Positions 21,717-29,688 of a DNA stretch of 39,713 nucleotides are shown in pieces (position 1 is the stretch's first letter; every line of letters begins with the position of its first letter). Source of the stretch: Pseudomonadota bacterium. GTDB lineage: Bacteria; Bdellovibrionota_B; Oligoflexia; Oligoflexales; CAIYRB01. The notes beneath the pieces were generated by a model. It was given only the letters and a program-made list of their open reading frames with translations, was not told the DNA's origin and searched no databases. The position numbers were made by a program, and so were the translations under genes. The DNA lies in assembly GCA_031416315.1 (NCBI GenBank), contig JANOTL010000187.1, positions 1 through 39,713 on the forward strand, in the 5' to 3' direction.

Positions 21717-23063
21717 TTATAGGTAACGAAGGCCGACGCCAGGATCCTGGCGGGCCGCCGTCATCGCGGGATAGGTCGCCGCCAGCAGGCTGAAGAGCCA
21801 GGCTGCGAGGCAGATCACGCCGTATTCGAACGGCAGCCATTTACACGGGAGCGACTTCAGATGGTAGATGCCGGCGGGTAACTGGATGAATTGGAAGCTG
21901 CGGATCAAAGCGCACACGGCGACCCCGAGTCCGAGCCCGACGGCAGTGCCCACCGAGCCGATGGTGCAGCCGTGCGTCAGGTAGAGCTTGGCGATCTCGT
22001 TTCGATTCATGCCGAGCGATCGCAAGAGGCTCACCTGCCCGCGCTTGTGGAATACGGTCATCATCATGGTCCCGCTGATCGAGAAGGCAGCGACCACGAC
22101 GATCAGCATCAGTATGGAACCCATGGCGAATTTTTCCAGTTTTAGCGCAAAGAGCAACGACTTATTTGCTTTCTGCCAGGTCAGGGCCGCCAGGTCCTTC
22201 AGAAAGGGATCCGAAGGGGTGTCCCCGGCCTTGCCGAAGAGGCGCTCGGCGACCTGATTGATTTTGAGGGGCTCCTCGACGTTGGCGGCCACCCCGGTCA
22301 CGTATTCCTGGGCATCGAGGGACTCCTCGTAGTCCGGCATGAACTTCCGGCCCTCGTCCAGGCTCACCACGGCCCACTTGGCGTCGTAGTTGAAGAGGCC
22401 GGTTCGGAACTTCCCGGCGACGACGAAGCGCCGCGAGACGGTCCCGCCGCCTAAGGCCGAGCCGACGTTGGCCTGCGGGGAGAGGACGGCGAGCTCGTCG
22501 CCGAGCTCCGCGCCGAGCTGCTCGGCGAGCTGCTCGCCTAGGATAATCCCGGGGTGCCGGCCTTCGACCTCGGTGTCCGAGCCGGAGTCGGTGCTGACGG
22601 CGTGCGTCCGGCCGATGGCCTGCATCTCGCCTTCGGTCATCGAGCCGTTGAAGCCCCAGAGGTGACCCTCGCGATCGGGGTCGACGCCGAAGAGCACGGC
22701 CGAAGTAATGTGTCGCTTCTGTTTCAGGACCACATCGGACTGAGTGTATGCTTCCACGTCGAAAGCTTCGGGAATCAGCTTCTTGAAATCCTCGAGCGGA
22801 TGGTCGACGAGGCCGAAGCCGACGACGGCGCTCTTGTGGACGATCTCGACGTGCGGCTGCCCGCGCAGCATCTTGTCCTTCAGATCCTGCTCGAATCCGC
22901 CCATCACCGACAGGACGATGATCAGCGCGGCCACGCCGATCCCGACGCCGAGGATCGAGACGATCGTCATGAACGAGAGAGCCGCTTTGCGGTTCCTCGC
23001 AGTGACGTTGCGCCATGCAATCCACAGAATGTACGCACCGAGGCCTTTTTTGCGGCTCATCAT
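21717..23063 (-). CDS. Lipoprotein-releasing ABC transporter permease (LolC/LolE family)
   Basis: SILGVGIGVAALIIVLSVMGGF, LFALKLEK, LRSLG, YPAMTAAR; single permease upstream of lolD. Confidence 0.9.
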   Translation of the reverse strand: MMSRKKGLGAYILWIAWRNVTARNRKAALSFMTIVSILGVGIGVAALIIVLSVMGGFEQDLKDKMLRGQPHVEIVHKSAVVGFGLVDHPLEDFKKLIPEAFDVEAYTQSDVVLKQKRHITSAVLFGVDPDREGHLWGFNGSMTEGEMQAIGRTHAVSTDSGSDTEVEGRHPGIILGEQLAEQLGAELGDELAVLSPQANVGSALGGGTVSRRFVVAGKFRTGLFNYDAKWAVVSLDEGRKFMPDYEESLDAQEYVTGVAANVEEPLKINQVAERLFGKAGDTPSDPFLKDLAALTWQKANKSLLFALKLEKFAMGSILMLIVVVAAFSISGTMMMTVFHKRGQVSLLRSLGMNRNEIAKLYLTHGCTIGSVGTAVGLGLGVAVCALIRSFQFIQLPAGIYHLKSLPCKWLPFEYGVICLAAWLFSLLAATYPAMTAARQDPGVGLRYL

Positions 23064-23228
23064 GTTTCCGTACACTAGTAGAAATCTGCGGCGAAAACAC
23101 TCAAGTATTACGGTTGCGTTCGCTTGGGAATTCACCCATAGTATGCAGCAAATTGGTCAAATCAATATGTTCTCTGGACATTGTGAATCTCGAATCCTTA
23201 TAGGTCCGTGAGACGAAGGGAGGCTTCC

Positions 23229-24506
23229 ATGAAGGTGGCATCGGGTAAATGGCTTCGCGCACGTGCGCCGCTATGCGGCGCGTTGGCGCTCGGAGCTCTA
23301 GGTTTGACTGGCTGTGGCGACAAAGAGTCTTCCCCTGACGCTGTCAGTGTCTCGGAGCTCAAGTATCCCGGCGATCTCGCGATCTGGGACAAAGGCGATG
23401 GGAAGGTCGTGCTCGAGTGGTCGGGCGCGAACAACGAAGAAGACTTCGACGGCTACAACGTCTACGGCATGAAGGGCACGGCGACCGCGCTCGGCGTGAC
23501 CGAAGGCGTGGCGCTCGAGCTGCTCGACGACAAGGGCGACAAGAACACGACGACCGAAGCGATCCTGGCGAAGTTCAATTACGACCCGGCGACGACCAAG
23601 CTCGAAGCCCCGGGAACGGCGATCGCACTGGCCGAGACGGCCGAAGCCGACAGCGATGCCCCGGAATTCTCGTACCTGCCGATCCACACGGGTCCGGCCG
23701 ATGCGCGTCTCCTCCCGACCTGCAAGGCGGCCGGGGGCACGTGCACCATGACCACCGCGGCGACCAAGGACCTCACCGCCGAGAACCCGACGTACGCCGT
23801 CAACGGCCGCGTCAAGTTCGAAGTGCCCGAGACCCTCAAAGTCGGCGAGAGCTACTGCTTCTTCGTGATGAGCTCGATGGACGGCGGCGAGACGGTCTCG
23901 CAGACGTCCTCCAACGTTCAGTGCGTGACGCCGAAGTACTCGGTCGGCTTCAACTTGCCGATCCCGGCCGGCGCCGATGATCCGAGACACCTCGACCTCC
24001 GCGCTTACTTGACGGCCTGCGACGCGGCGGGCAAGTGCGCCGCACCGGGCGCACCGGTGCTCGACGCCGCCGCGGAATCAGAGTTCAATCCGTCGGCGAA
24101 GAACTCGCACACGGCGAGCGATCCGATGCCGATCTACATCGAAACTTCGACCACCGGCGCTGTCGGCTTCGTCGCGGGCAAAGCGGCGGCGGTCAACGAC
24201 CTCGGCTACTACGAGAAAGGCTTCGACGACGTGACGCTGCCGAAAGGCGCGCCAGTCCTCGTGCTCGACGACTCGACCATCGGCGGCACCGGCGTCAACA
24301 AGGACGCCCCGGTCTTCAACGCGGGCGGCTACTCGATCCCCGGCCAAACGGTGCCGCTGGTCGCAGGACACGTTTACGTGTTCGGCGTCGGCGCCGCGAC
24401 GGCCTCGGGCATCGGTCCGTTCCACTATCACTGGCTGTACGTCAAGAGCGCCCCTGCCGGCGGCAACGCCGCGGTTGAAATGCGTCTGACCAAAAAAGCG
24501 ATCTAA
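23229..24506 (+). CDS. Lipoprotein with FN3-like domain, unknown function
   Basis: Lipobox LTGC; PGDL..VVLEW..FDGYNVY and LKVGESYCFFV; GGAGG RBS. Confidence 0.8.
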   Translation: MKVASGKWLRARAPLCGALALGALGLTGCGDKESSPDAVSVSELKYPGDLAIWDKGDGKVVLEWSGANNEEDFDGYNVYGMKGTATALGVTEGVALELLDDKGDKNTTTEAILAKFNYDPATTKLEAPGTAIALAETAEADSDAPEFSYLPIHTGPADARLLPTCKAAGGTCTMTTAATKDLTAENPTYAVNGRVKFEVPETLKVGESYCFFVMSSMDGGETVSQTSSNVQCVTPKYSVGFNLPIPAGADDPRHLDLRAYLTACDAAGKCAAPGAPVLDAAAESEFNPSAKNSHTASDPMPIYIETSTTGAVGFVAGKAAAVNDLGYYEKGFDDVTLPKGAPVLVLDDSTIGGTGVNKDAPVFNAGGYSIPGQTVPLVAGHVYVFGVGAATASGIGPFHYHWLYVKSAPAGGNAAVEMRLTKKAI

Positions 24507-24533
24507 CGAACCGAGTAAATGGAGAACACGCGC

Positions 24534-25814
24534 ATGAAAGCGCTTTCAAAAGCAGCACTGACCATCGGAACGCTCGGCCTCGTGATCGCGGCCTGCGATT
24601 CCGGCTCCTCCAGCGATCCCGCCACGGTTTCGCGCGACGCGCTGAACCCGCCGAGCGGCCTCTACACCGTCACCAACCACAACTCGCTCGAGCTCCGCTG
24701 GAAAGCGGCGAACGCGGAAGACGAGTTCAAAGGCTTCCACGTCTTCGCCGTGAAAGGCTCGACCGCGACGCTCGCCGCCGTGGCCCCGACCTTCCCGAAG
24801 CAGATCGTGCCGGCCCCGACCCTGACCACGGGCTCCTTCCCGCGCTGCCTCGACAACACCAAGCTCTTCGAGGCGTTCGGCTTTGCCGCGACCGACTCGG
24901 ACTGCGAAGGCGACGCCGAGGCACCGGCCGCGACGACGGGCGCCGCTTCGACGGCGTTTCTCCAAGAGCCCGCCGCGACGCCGGCGATCGAGGAGAAGCT
25001 TGAAAACTTCATTCCCTGCAAAGAGAACACCGCCAACCCGAACCTGTCGCTTCCGGGCGTCGCGCCGCTGCTCACGCTGCAGACGTGCACGATTACGCAG
25101 TATTTCGACCCCACGAGCAAAAAGCGCCTCGACATGAAAGACGGCGAGACTTACACCGTGTTCGTCAGCGCCGTCGCGGGCGACGAGCTCAGCGACATCA
25201 GCTGGACGTCGAACTTCGTCAGCGACACGCCGTCGACGCGCCTTTTCGAAGGCACTTTGAGCCTCAAGGTCGGTGAAGCGGTTCGTCTCCCGGTCGCCGA
25301 CATCGTCGACTTCACGAAAACCGTCACGGCCCTGCCGGCGGCCGCGCTCTGCTCGGACGTCGATCCGGACACGACCGACGCCAACAACAACGGCCAGGTC
25401 TGCCGCATCAACCGCTTCAACAAGTCGGCGGCGGACGGACTCTGGTTCGGTCGTCTCGGCACCGGCGAGTTCCCGCAGCGCATGTTCTTCTCGACCGTCG
25501 CCGGCGGGGACGTCAGCCTCGCGCTGCGCGGCCCGCAGACGCAGGATCCGAAGAACCCGAACATCATCTCGGTCTCCATCCCGAGCGACCAGGCCGCGGC
25601 CGCGGACGTCGCGTACGTCGCCGACGGCACGCACTTTCCGATCTACGGCAACCAGGTCTTCGACCTCAAGGTGAAGAAGGCCGGCGCGACGCACTACGGC
25701 AAAGTGGTGTTTTACTCGGCTGAGCCGCTCCCGGCGAACGCCTCGGATCCGATCTCGCTGAAAGTCGCGATCGTGATGCAGCCTGCTGCCGGCGTGCGCG
25801 ACTACCTGCAGTGA
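24534..25814 (+). CDS. Paralogous lipoprotein with FN3-like domain, unknown function
   Basis: Lipobox IAAC; PPSGL..LELRW..FKGFHVF and MKDGETYTVFVSA; alternative start at 24519. Confidence 0.8.
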   Translation: MKALSKAALTIGTLGLVIAACDSGSSSDPATVSRDALNPPSGLYTVTNHNSLELRWKAANAEDEFKGFHVFAVKGSTATLAAVAPTFPKQIVPAPTLTTGSFPRCLDNTKLFEAFGFAATDSDCEGDAEAPAATTGAASTAFLQEPAATPAIEEKLENFIPCKENTANPNLSLPGVAPLLTLQTCTITQYFDPTSKKRLDMKDGETYTVFVSAVAGDELSDISWTSNFVSDTPSTRLFEGTLSLKVGEAVRLPVADIVDFTKTVTALPAAALCSDVDPDTTDANNNGQVCRINRFNKSAADGLWFGRLGTGEFPQRMFFSTVAGGDVSLALRGPQTQDPKNPNIISVSIPSDQAAAADVAYVADGTHFPIYGNQVFDLKVKKAGATHYGKVVFYSAEPLPANASDPISLKVAIVMQPAAGVRDYLQ

Positions 25815-25841
25815 GCTGAACCTTTACCGTTCGACATCGAC

Positions 25842-25872
25842 AAGCCCCGGGCGGAAACGCCCGGGGCTTCTT
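25842..25872 (+). terminator. Intrinsic terminator of the lipoprotein pair
   Basis: 12-bp stem AAGCCCCGGGCG-GAAA-CGCCCGGGGCTT followed by CTT. Confidence 0.75.
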
Positions 25873-26183
25873 CGCATTAATCCTCTGAAACTCTTACCGA
25901 AAAGACCGTTCTGTGGATTGAGGCTCAAGTTAAGTTGGCGCCGGCCGAACTCTAGAGGGAGCGCAGGACAAATGCTGCGAAGAATCCCAAGAATAGTCGG
26001 CTTTTGCCAATTCGAACAAAGGGAGTTGAGCCCACCAAATGCAGGAACGACGGTCACCAGTAAGCCTTCAGAGGAAATGCGCGGGCACGTATAGAGGAAA
26101 TTCATCCCGTGCGCATCGTCTTTGGGTTGGCGGCAAACGTTCTCTTGTCTCGACCAATCCAATCACCCATCCGCACACACCCA

Positions 26184-26272
26184 AGTCGTAAGCCCGGACT
26201 TCGTCCGACGTACGACTCCCGCACCTTACCAGCCCTGTAGAGCTTTCCTGCTCTGCGGGGCTCCCCCTTTTT
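26184..26272 (+). ncRNA. Candidate structured RNA or attenuator (two hairpins plus U-tract)
   Basis: Hairpin 26184-26217 and a 13-bp hairpin 26231-26262 with two G-U pairs, then CCCCCTTTTT. Confidence 0.3.
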
Positions 26273-26369
26273 GCACAGATTGTAAATCGTCCGACAAGAC
26301 GACAAATCAGCATTTCAACTACACCTTCATTGCGCGATAGTGCCGCGCAATCGCATTCAGGAGGTGTCA

Positions 26370-27053
26370 GTGAAAACGAGAATTCTGCGGCATTTGTCAC
26401 TGTTGATCACGGTTTTGTGGGCGGGACAGGCCTTCGCCGAGCGCACATGGGCCGACGCGGAGTCGGGCCGTGAGTACGTGCTTCTCGACGGCGAAGTGAC
26501 CTGGTGGGAAGCCATGACCGCCTGCACCGAGCGCGGGTACGCGCTCTACGACGCCCGCAACGTCACGGACGCCGAGGCGAAAGCTCTGGTCTCCTCGGAG
26601 CTCCTGAGCTCCGTGCCCTGGGAGACCCACTTCGCGGGGACGACGCAGGAGATGAAGGTCGCCACGATTTGGCAGACCGCCGAGGAAATGATCATCGCGA
26701 CGGGCGGCAATTTCGGCGCCCGCATGCTCCTGATCCAGAAGAAAAGGGCCATGACCTCGACCGCCCTCGAGTGGCGCAACGAGAACGAGCACCAAGCCTC
26801 GGCCATCTGCATGTCGGTCCCGGGCTTCTGGTACCGCTGCAGCATGGAAGTGAAGTGCACGTACGACCGCGGCGCCAACGAGTATTCGTGGCGCTACCTC
26901 CTCGCCGACTACGGCGGCGGCGAAGGCGACGTCATGCGCAACATCATGCGCCGCACGCAGGAAGCGCCGTTCGCCATCAGCGAAGGCAGCTGCGTCCCGC
27001 GCACGGAATCCGCGCGCTGCATGCGCGTCATGCCGGAATGGAGCCCGCAATGA
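26370..27053 (+). CDS. Secreted protein with C-type-lectin-like N-terminal motif
   Basis: AGGAGG RBS, GTG start, signal peptide (AFA); GREYVLLDGEVTWWEAMTACTERGYAL; 6 Cys. Confidence 0.65.
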   Translation: MKTRILRHLSLLITVLWAGQAFAERTWADAESGREYVLLDGEVTWWEAMTACTERGYALYDARNVTDAEAKALVSSELLSSVPWETHFAGTTQEMKVATIWQTAEEMIIATGGNFGARMLLIQKKRAMTSTALEWRNENEHQASAICMSVPGFWYRCSMEVKCTYDRGANEYSWRYLLADYGGGEGDVMRNIMRRTQEAPFAISEGSCVPRTESARCMRVMPEWSPQ

Positions 27054-27805
27054 AACTTTTCGCCAACTCCTTCCTGAAATCGACCGTCCTCGCGCTCTCC
27101 CTCGCGCTCGCGCCCTCCGCGTACGCCGAGGAGACGGACGCCCAACGCTCCAAGGCGATCGCCGACGCGGCCAAGGCGCAAGCCGAAGCGAACCGCACGA
27201 GGGTCCTGACGTCCGCTGAGAAAGAGAAGCTGGAGGCCGAGACGACGAAGCTCATCGCCGAAGCCTACAAGCTCCTCTCCGAGGCGAACCTGAACGCTGC
27301 GCGCACGCAGCAGATCTATCAGGAAATCGCAGCGTTGCAGCAGCGCATGCGCATGGCGCAGTACGAGTTCGAACGCGTCGCGGCCGCCGACTACGAGCTC
27401 GAGCAAGAAACCGCCGAGCTCGAGCGCAACGCCAACCTCGTGCGTCCCCTGATGCTGGGGCGAGCCAACTGGAAGACTTGGGCCGGCCTCGAGGCTTTGA
27501 TCATGAAATGCGGCGACGCCGACATCGTCACCACGGTCATGTTTACCATCGAGATCCCGAACCTCGCGGCGACCGAGTTCATCTCGAACTACGGCACGGC
27601 GGTGCCGGACTTCGACGGCGGCAACTTGGGCCTACTCTACTCGTTCGCCCGCGACAACGACCTCTCGTTCCGTCCGTACGGCCCTGCGCATCAGTCGATC
27701 ATGAAGGTCGTCGCGATGATCAACAAAGCCGTCGAGCTGAAGGAAGCGGAGCTGCGCGACATCAACCAGTCGATCCGCCTCACGATCGTCCGCATCCAAA
27801 ACTGA
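27050..27805 (+). CDS. Secreted coiled-coil hypothetical protein
   Basis: ATGA overlap; signal peptide (AYA); long Ala/Glu/Gln helical segment. Confidence 0.75.
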   Translation: MKLFANSFLKSTVLALSLALAPSAYAEETDAQRSKAIADAAKAQAEANRTRVLTSAEKEKLEAETTKLIAEAYKLLSEANLNAARTQQIYQEIAALQQRMRMAQYEFERVAAADYELEQETAELERNANLVRPLMLGRANWKTWAGLEALIMKCGDADIVTTVMFTIEIPNLAATEFISNYGTAVPDFDGGNLGLLYSFARDNDLSFRPYGPAHQSIMKVVAMINKAVELKEAELRDINQSIRLTIVRIQN

Positions 27806-27837
27806 CCGAACGCCGACCACAAAGGGACGTGACGCGC

Positions 27838-28461
27838 ATGAAACTCCTGATTTTGACGCTCCTGCTCGTCGCGTCCCCCGGTCTCGCGATCGACGACGTC
27901 TCCTGCCTCGCCGCCAAGGCGAAATTCAAGGTCTGCGCCGAGCGGCACGAGGACCTGGGCCTGCCGCTCCGGTCCTGCCTCGAGGCCGACTCCGGCTTCG
28001 AAGGCTGCCTCGCCGTCGCCGGCGATCAGTTCTTCGCCAGCTGCCTGAGCTCGAAAAGCCAGTACCAATATTGCCGCGAGAACACGGCCCTCTCGCACAA
28101 CGACTGCTTGAAGGCCGACTCTGGCTTCACCGACTGCATGGCGGTGATGGGGCAGCCTCTCCTTTGCCTGGGCGCGAAAGGCGGCTACAAAGCATGCCGT
28201 GAGGACCGGCCCGACTTCGGACACGAAGCGTGCAAGGGAGCGGACTCGGGCTACGCGGCCTGCCGCGCCGCGCGGGGCGATCCGCGCACCTGCCAGCTCG
28301 CGCGCCGCAGCTTCGCCCATTGTCGCGACGTCGACCGGCAGTCGGTGGCGTTCTGCGTTCAGATCGGCAAAGGCTACAAAGAGTGCCGGGAGCTCGGACT
28401 GCCGCTCGGGACGTGTTACCGCGCGGATCAGGGGTATGCGGACTGTCGCGCTTGGGAGTGA
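27838..28461 (+). CDS. Secreted cysteine-rich repeat protein (9 x CX9C)
   Basis: Signal peptide; 18 Cys arranged as nine CX9C units. Confidence 0.8.
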   Translation: MKLLILTLLLVASPGLAIDDVSCLAAKAKFKVCAERHEDLGLPLRSCLEADSGFEGCLAVAGDQFFASCLSSKSQYQYCRENTALSHNDCLKADSGFTDCMAVMGQPLLCLGAKGGYKACREDRPDFGHEACKGADSGYAACRAARGDPRTCQLARRSFAHCRDVDRQSVAFCVQIGKGYKECRELGLPLGTCYRADQGYADCRAWE

Positions 28462-28491
28462 GGCCAAGGGTGTGTCTGGCAGATCCTAGGC

Positions 28492-29688
28492 TCAACGACG
28501 CTTGCGCGCCACGACCTCGCGGATAACGCCGAACAGACGCTCCAGCGCCTTCGGCTCGACGCTGTCCGTGAAGCTCAACCGGACGCTGTTCAAGGCCACT
28601 TCCTCGCCGTAGCCCATCGCCGTGAGCACATGGCTCGGGCGGTTGGCGCCAGAGGAGCAGGCGCTGCCGCTCGACGCTTGGATGCCCGCGAGGTCCAGAT
28701 TGAGCAGCAGATCGTCGCCGGGAACGCCGTCGATATGAAAGTTGATGGTGTTCGGCAGGGCCGCTTCAGAGTCCGCCTCGGTCGAGCCGTGGATCACGAG
28801 GCCGGGCACCAGGCGCAGTCCGGCGAGGGCGGCGCGGCGGGAAGCCCGCATGGGCGCGGTGAAAGCCGCGGGTCCGATGCGGGCGAGCTCGTCGCAGCGC
28901 ATGCCAAAGGACAGGATCCCGGGCATGTTCTCGGTCCCCGGCCGACGACCGCGCTCCTGACCGCCGCCGGCGATAAACTGCTGGAGCTTCACGCCCGGGC
29001 GCAGATAGAGGGCACCGACGCCCTTGAAGCCGCCGATCTTATGGGCCGAGATGCTGGCGCTGTCGATGGGCGCCGCGGCGTACCAGGCGAGATCTCGTTT
29101 CGCCAGGACCTGCACGGCGTCGACGTGTAAGTGCACGGCGGGATTCTTCGCTTTCACCAGGGCGGCGATCTTCGCGATGTCGTTGACGGCGCCGGTCTCG
29201 TTGTTCGCGTGCATGACCGAGATCATCGCGGTGTGCATGTCGACGAGCTCGGCGACCGCCTCCGGCTCGATCACGCCGTCTCGCGTCGGCGCCACCAGGA
29301 CGACGGCGCACTGTGCCCGCGCCTCTAGCAGACGCGCGGGCTCGAGGACCGAAGAATGCTCGACCGCCGAGACGATGAAGCGCAAAGGCCCGCCGCCGGC
29401 GCCGCGCTGGCCGCCGCGCTCCGAGCGCTCACGCGCCAAGCGCGAGATGAGCCCCTGAATGACGAGGTTGTTGGCTTCGGTCGCGCCGGAGGTGAAGGCG
29501 ATCTCGGGGCCGCGAGCGCCGAGCATCTTGGCGACCGAGGCGCGCGCCGCCTCGAGCGCGACCTTGGCCAAGCGACCGCGGGAATGGATGGAGGACGGGT
29601 TGCCGTCCGCTTCTTTCAATCGTTGGACGACGGCGGCGTAGTGCTCGGCGGCGACGGGGAAAGTCGCGTTGGCGTCAATGTACGCCAT
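28492..29688 (-). CDS. iscS: Cysteine desulfurase (IscS/NifS group I)
   Basis: YIDANAT, FTSGATEANN, HANNETG, DAVQ, SAHKIGG, GGGQE..RPGTEN, SSGSACSSG. Confidence 0.9.
   Translation of the reverse strand: MAYIDANATFPVAAEHYAAVVQRLKEADGNPSSIHSRGRLAKVALEAARASVAKMLGARGPEIAFTSGATEANNLVIQGLISRLARERSERGGQRGAGGGPLRFIVSAVEHSSVLEPARLLEARAQCAVVLVAPTRDGVIEPEAVAELVDMHTAMISVMHANNETGAVNDIAKIAALVKAKNPAVHLHVDAVQVLAKRDLAWYAAAPIDSASISAHKIGGFKGVGALYLRPGVKLQQFIAGGGQERGRRPGTENMPGILSFGMRCDELARIGPAAFTAPMRASRRAALAGLRLVPGLVIHGSTEADSEAALPNTINFHIDGVPGDDLLLNLDLAGIQASSGSACSSGANRPSHVLTAMGYGEEVALNSVRLSFTDSVEPKALERLFGVIREVVARKRR

Noticed and set aside
25824..26400. Short ORFs of 67-112 aa in the intergenic region
   Set aside because: Codon usage is unlike the GC3-rich genes, with no convincing RBS or motif
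26504..27805. 433-aa and 327-aa extended versions of the triad ORFs
   Set aside because: The N-terminal parts overlap neighbouring genes in another frame; signal peptides mark starts at 27050 and 27838
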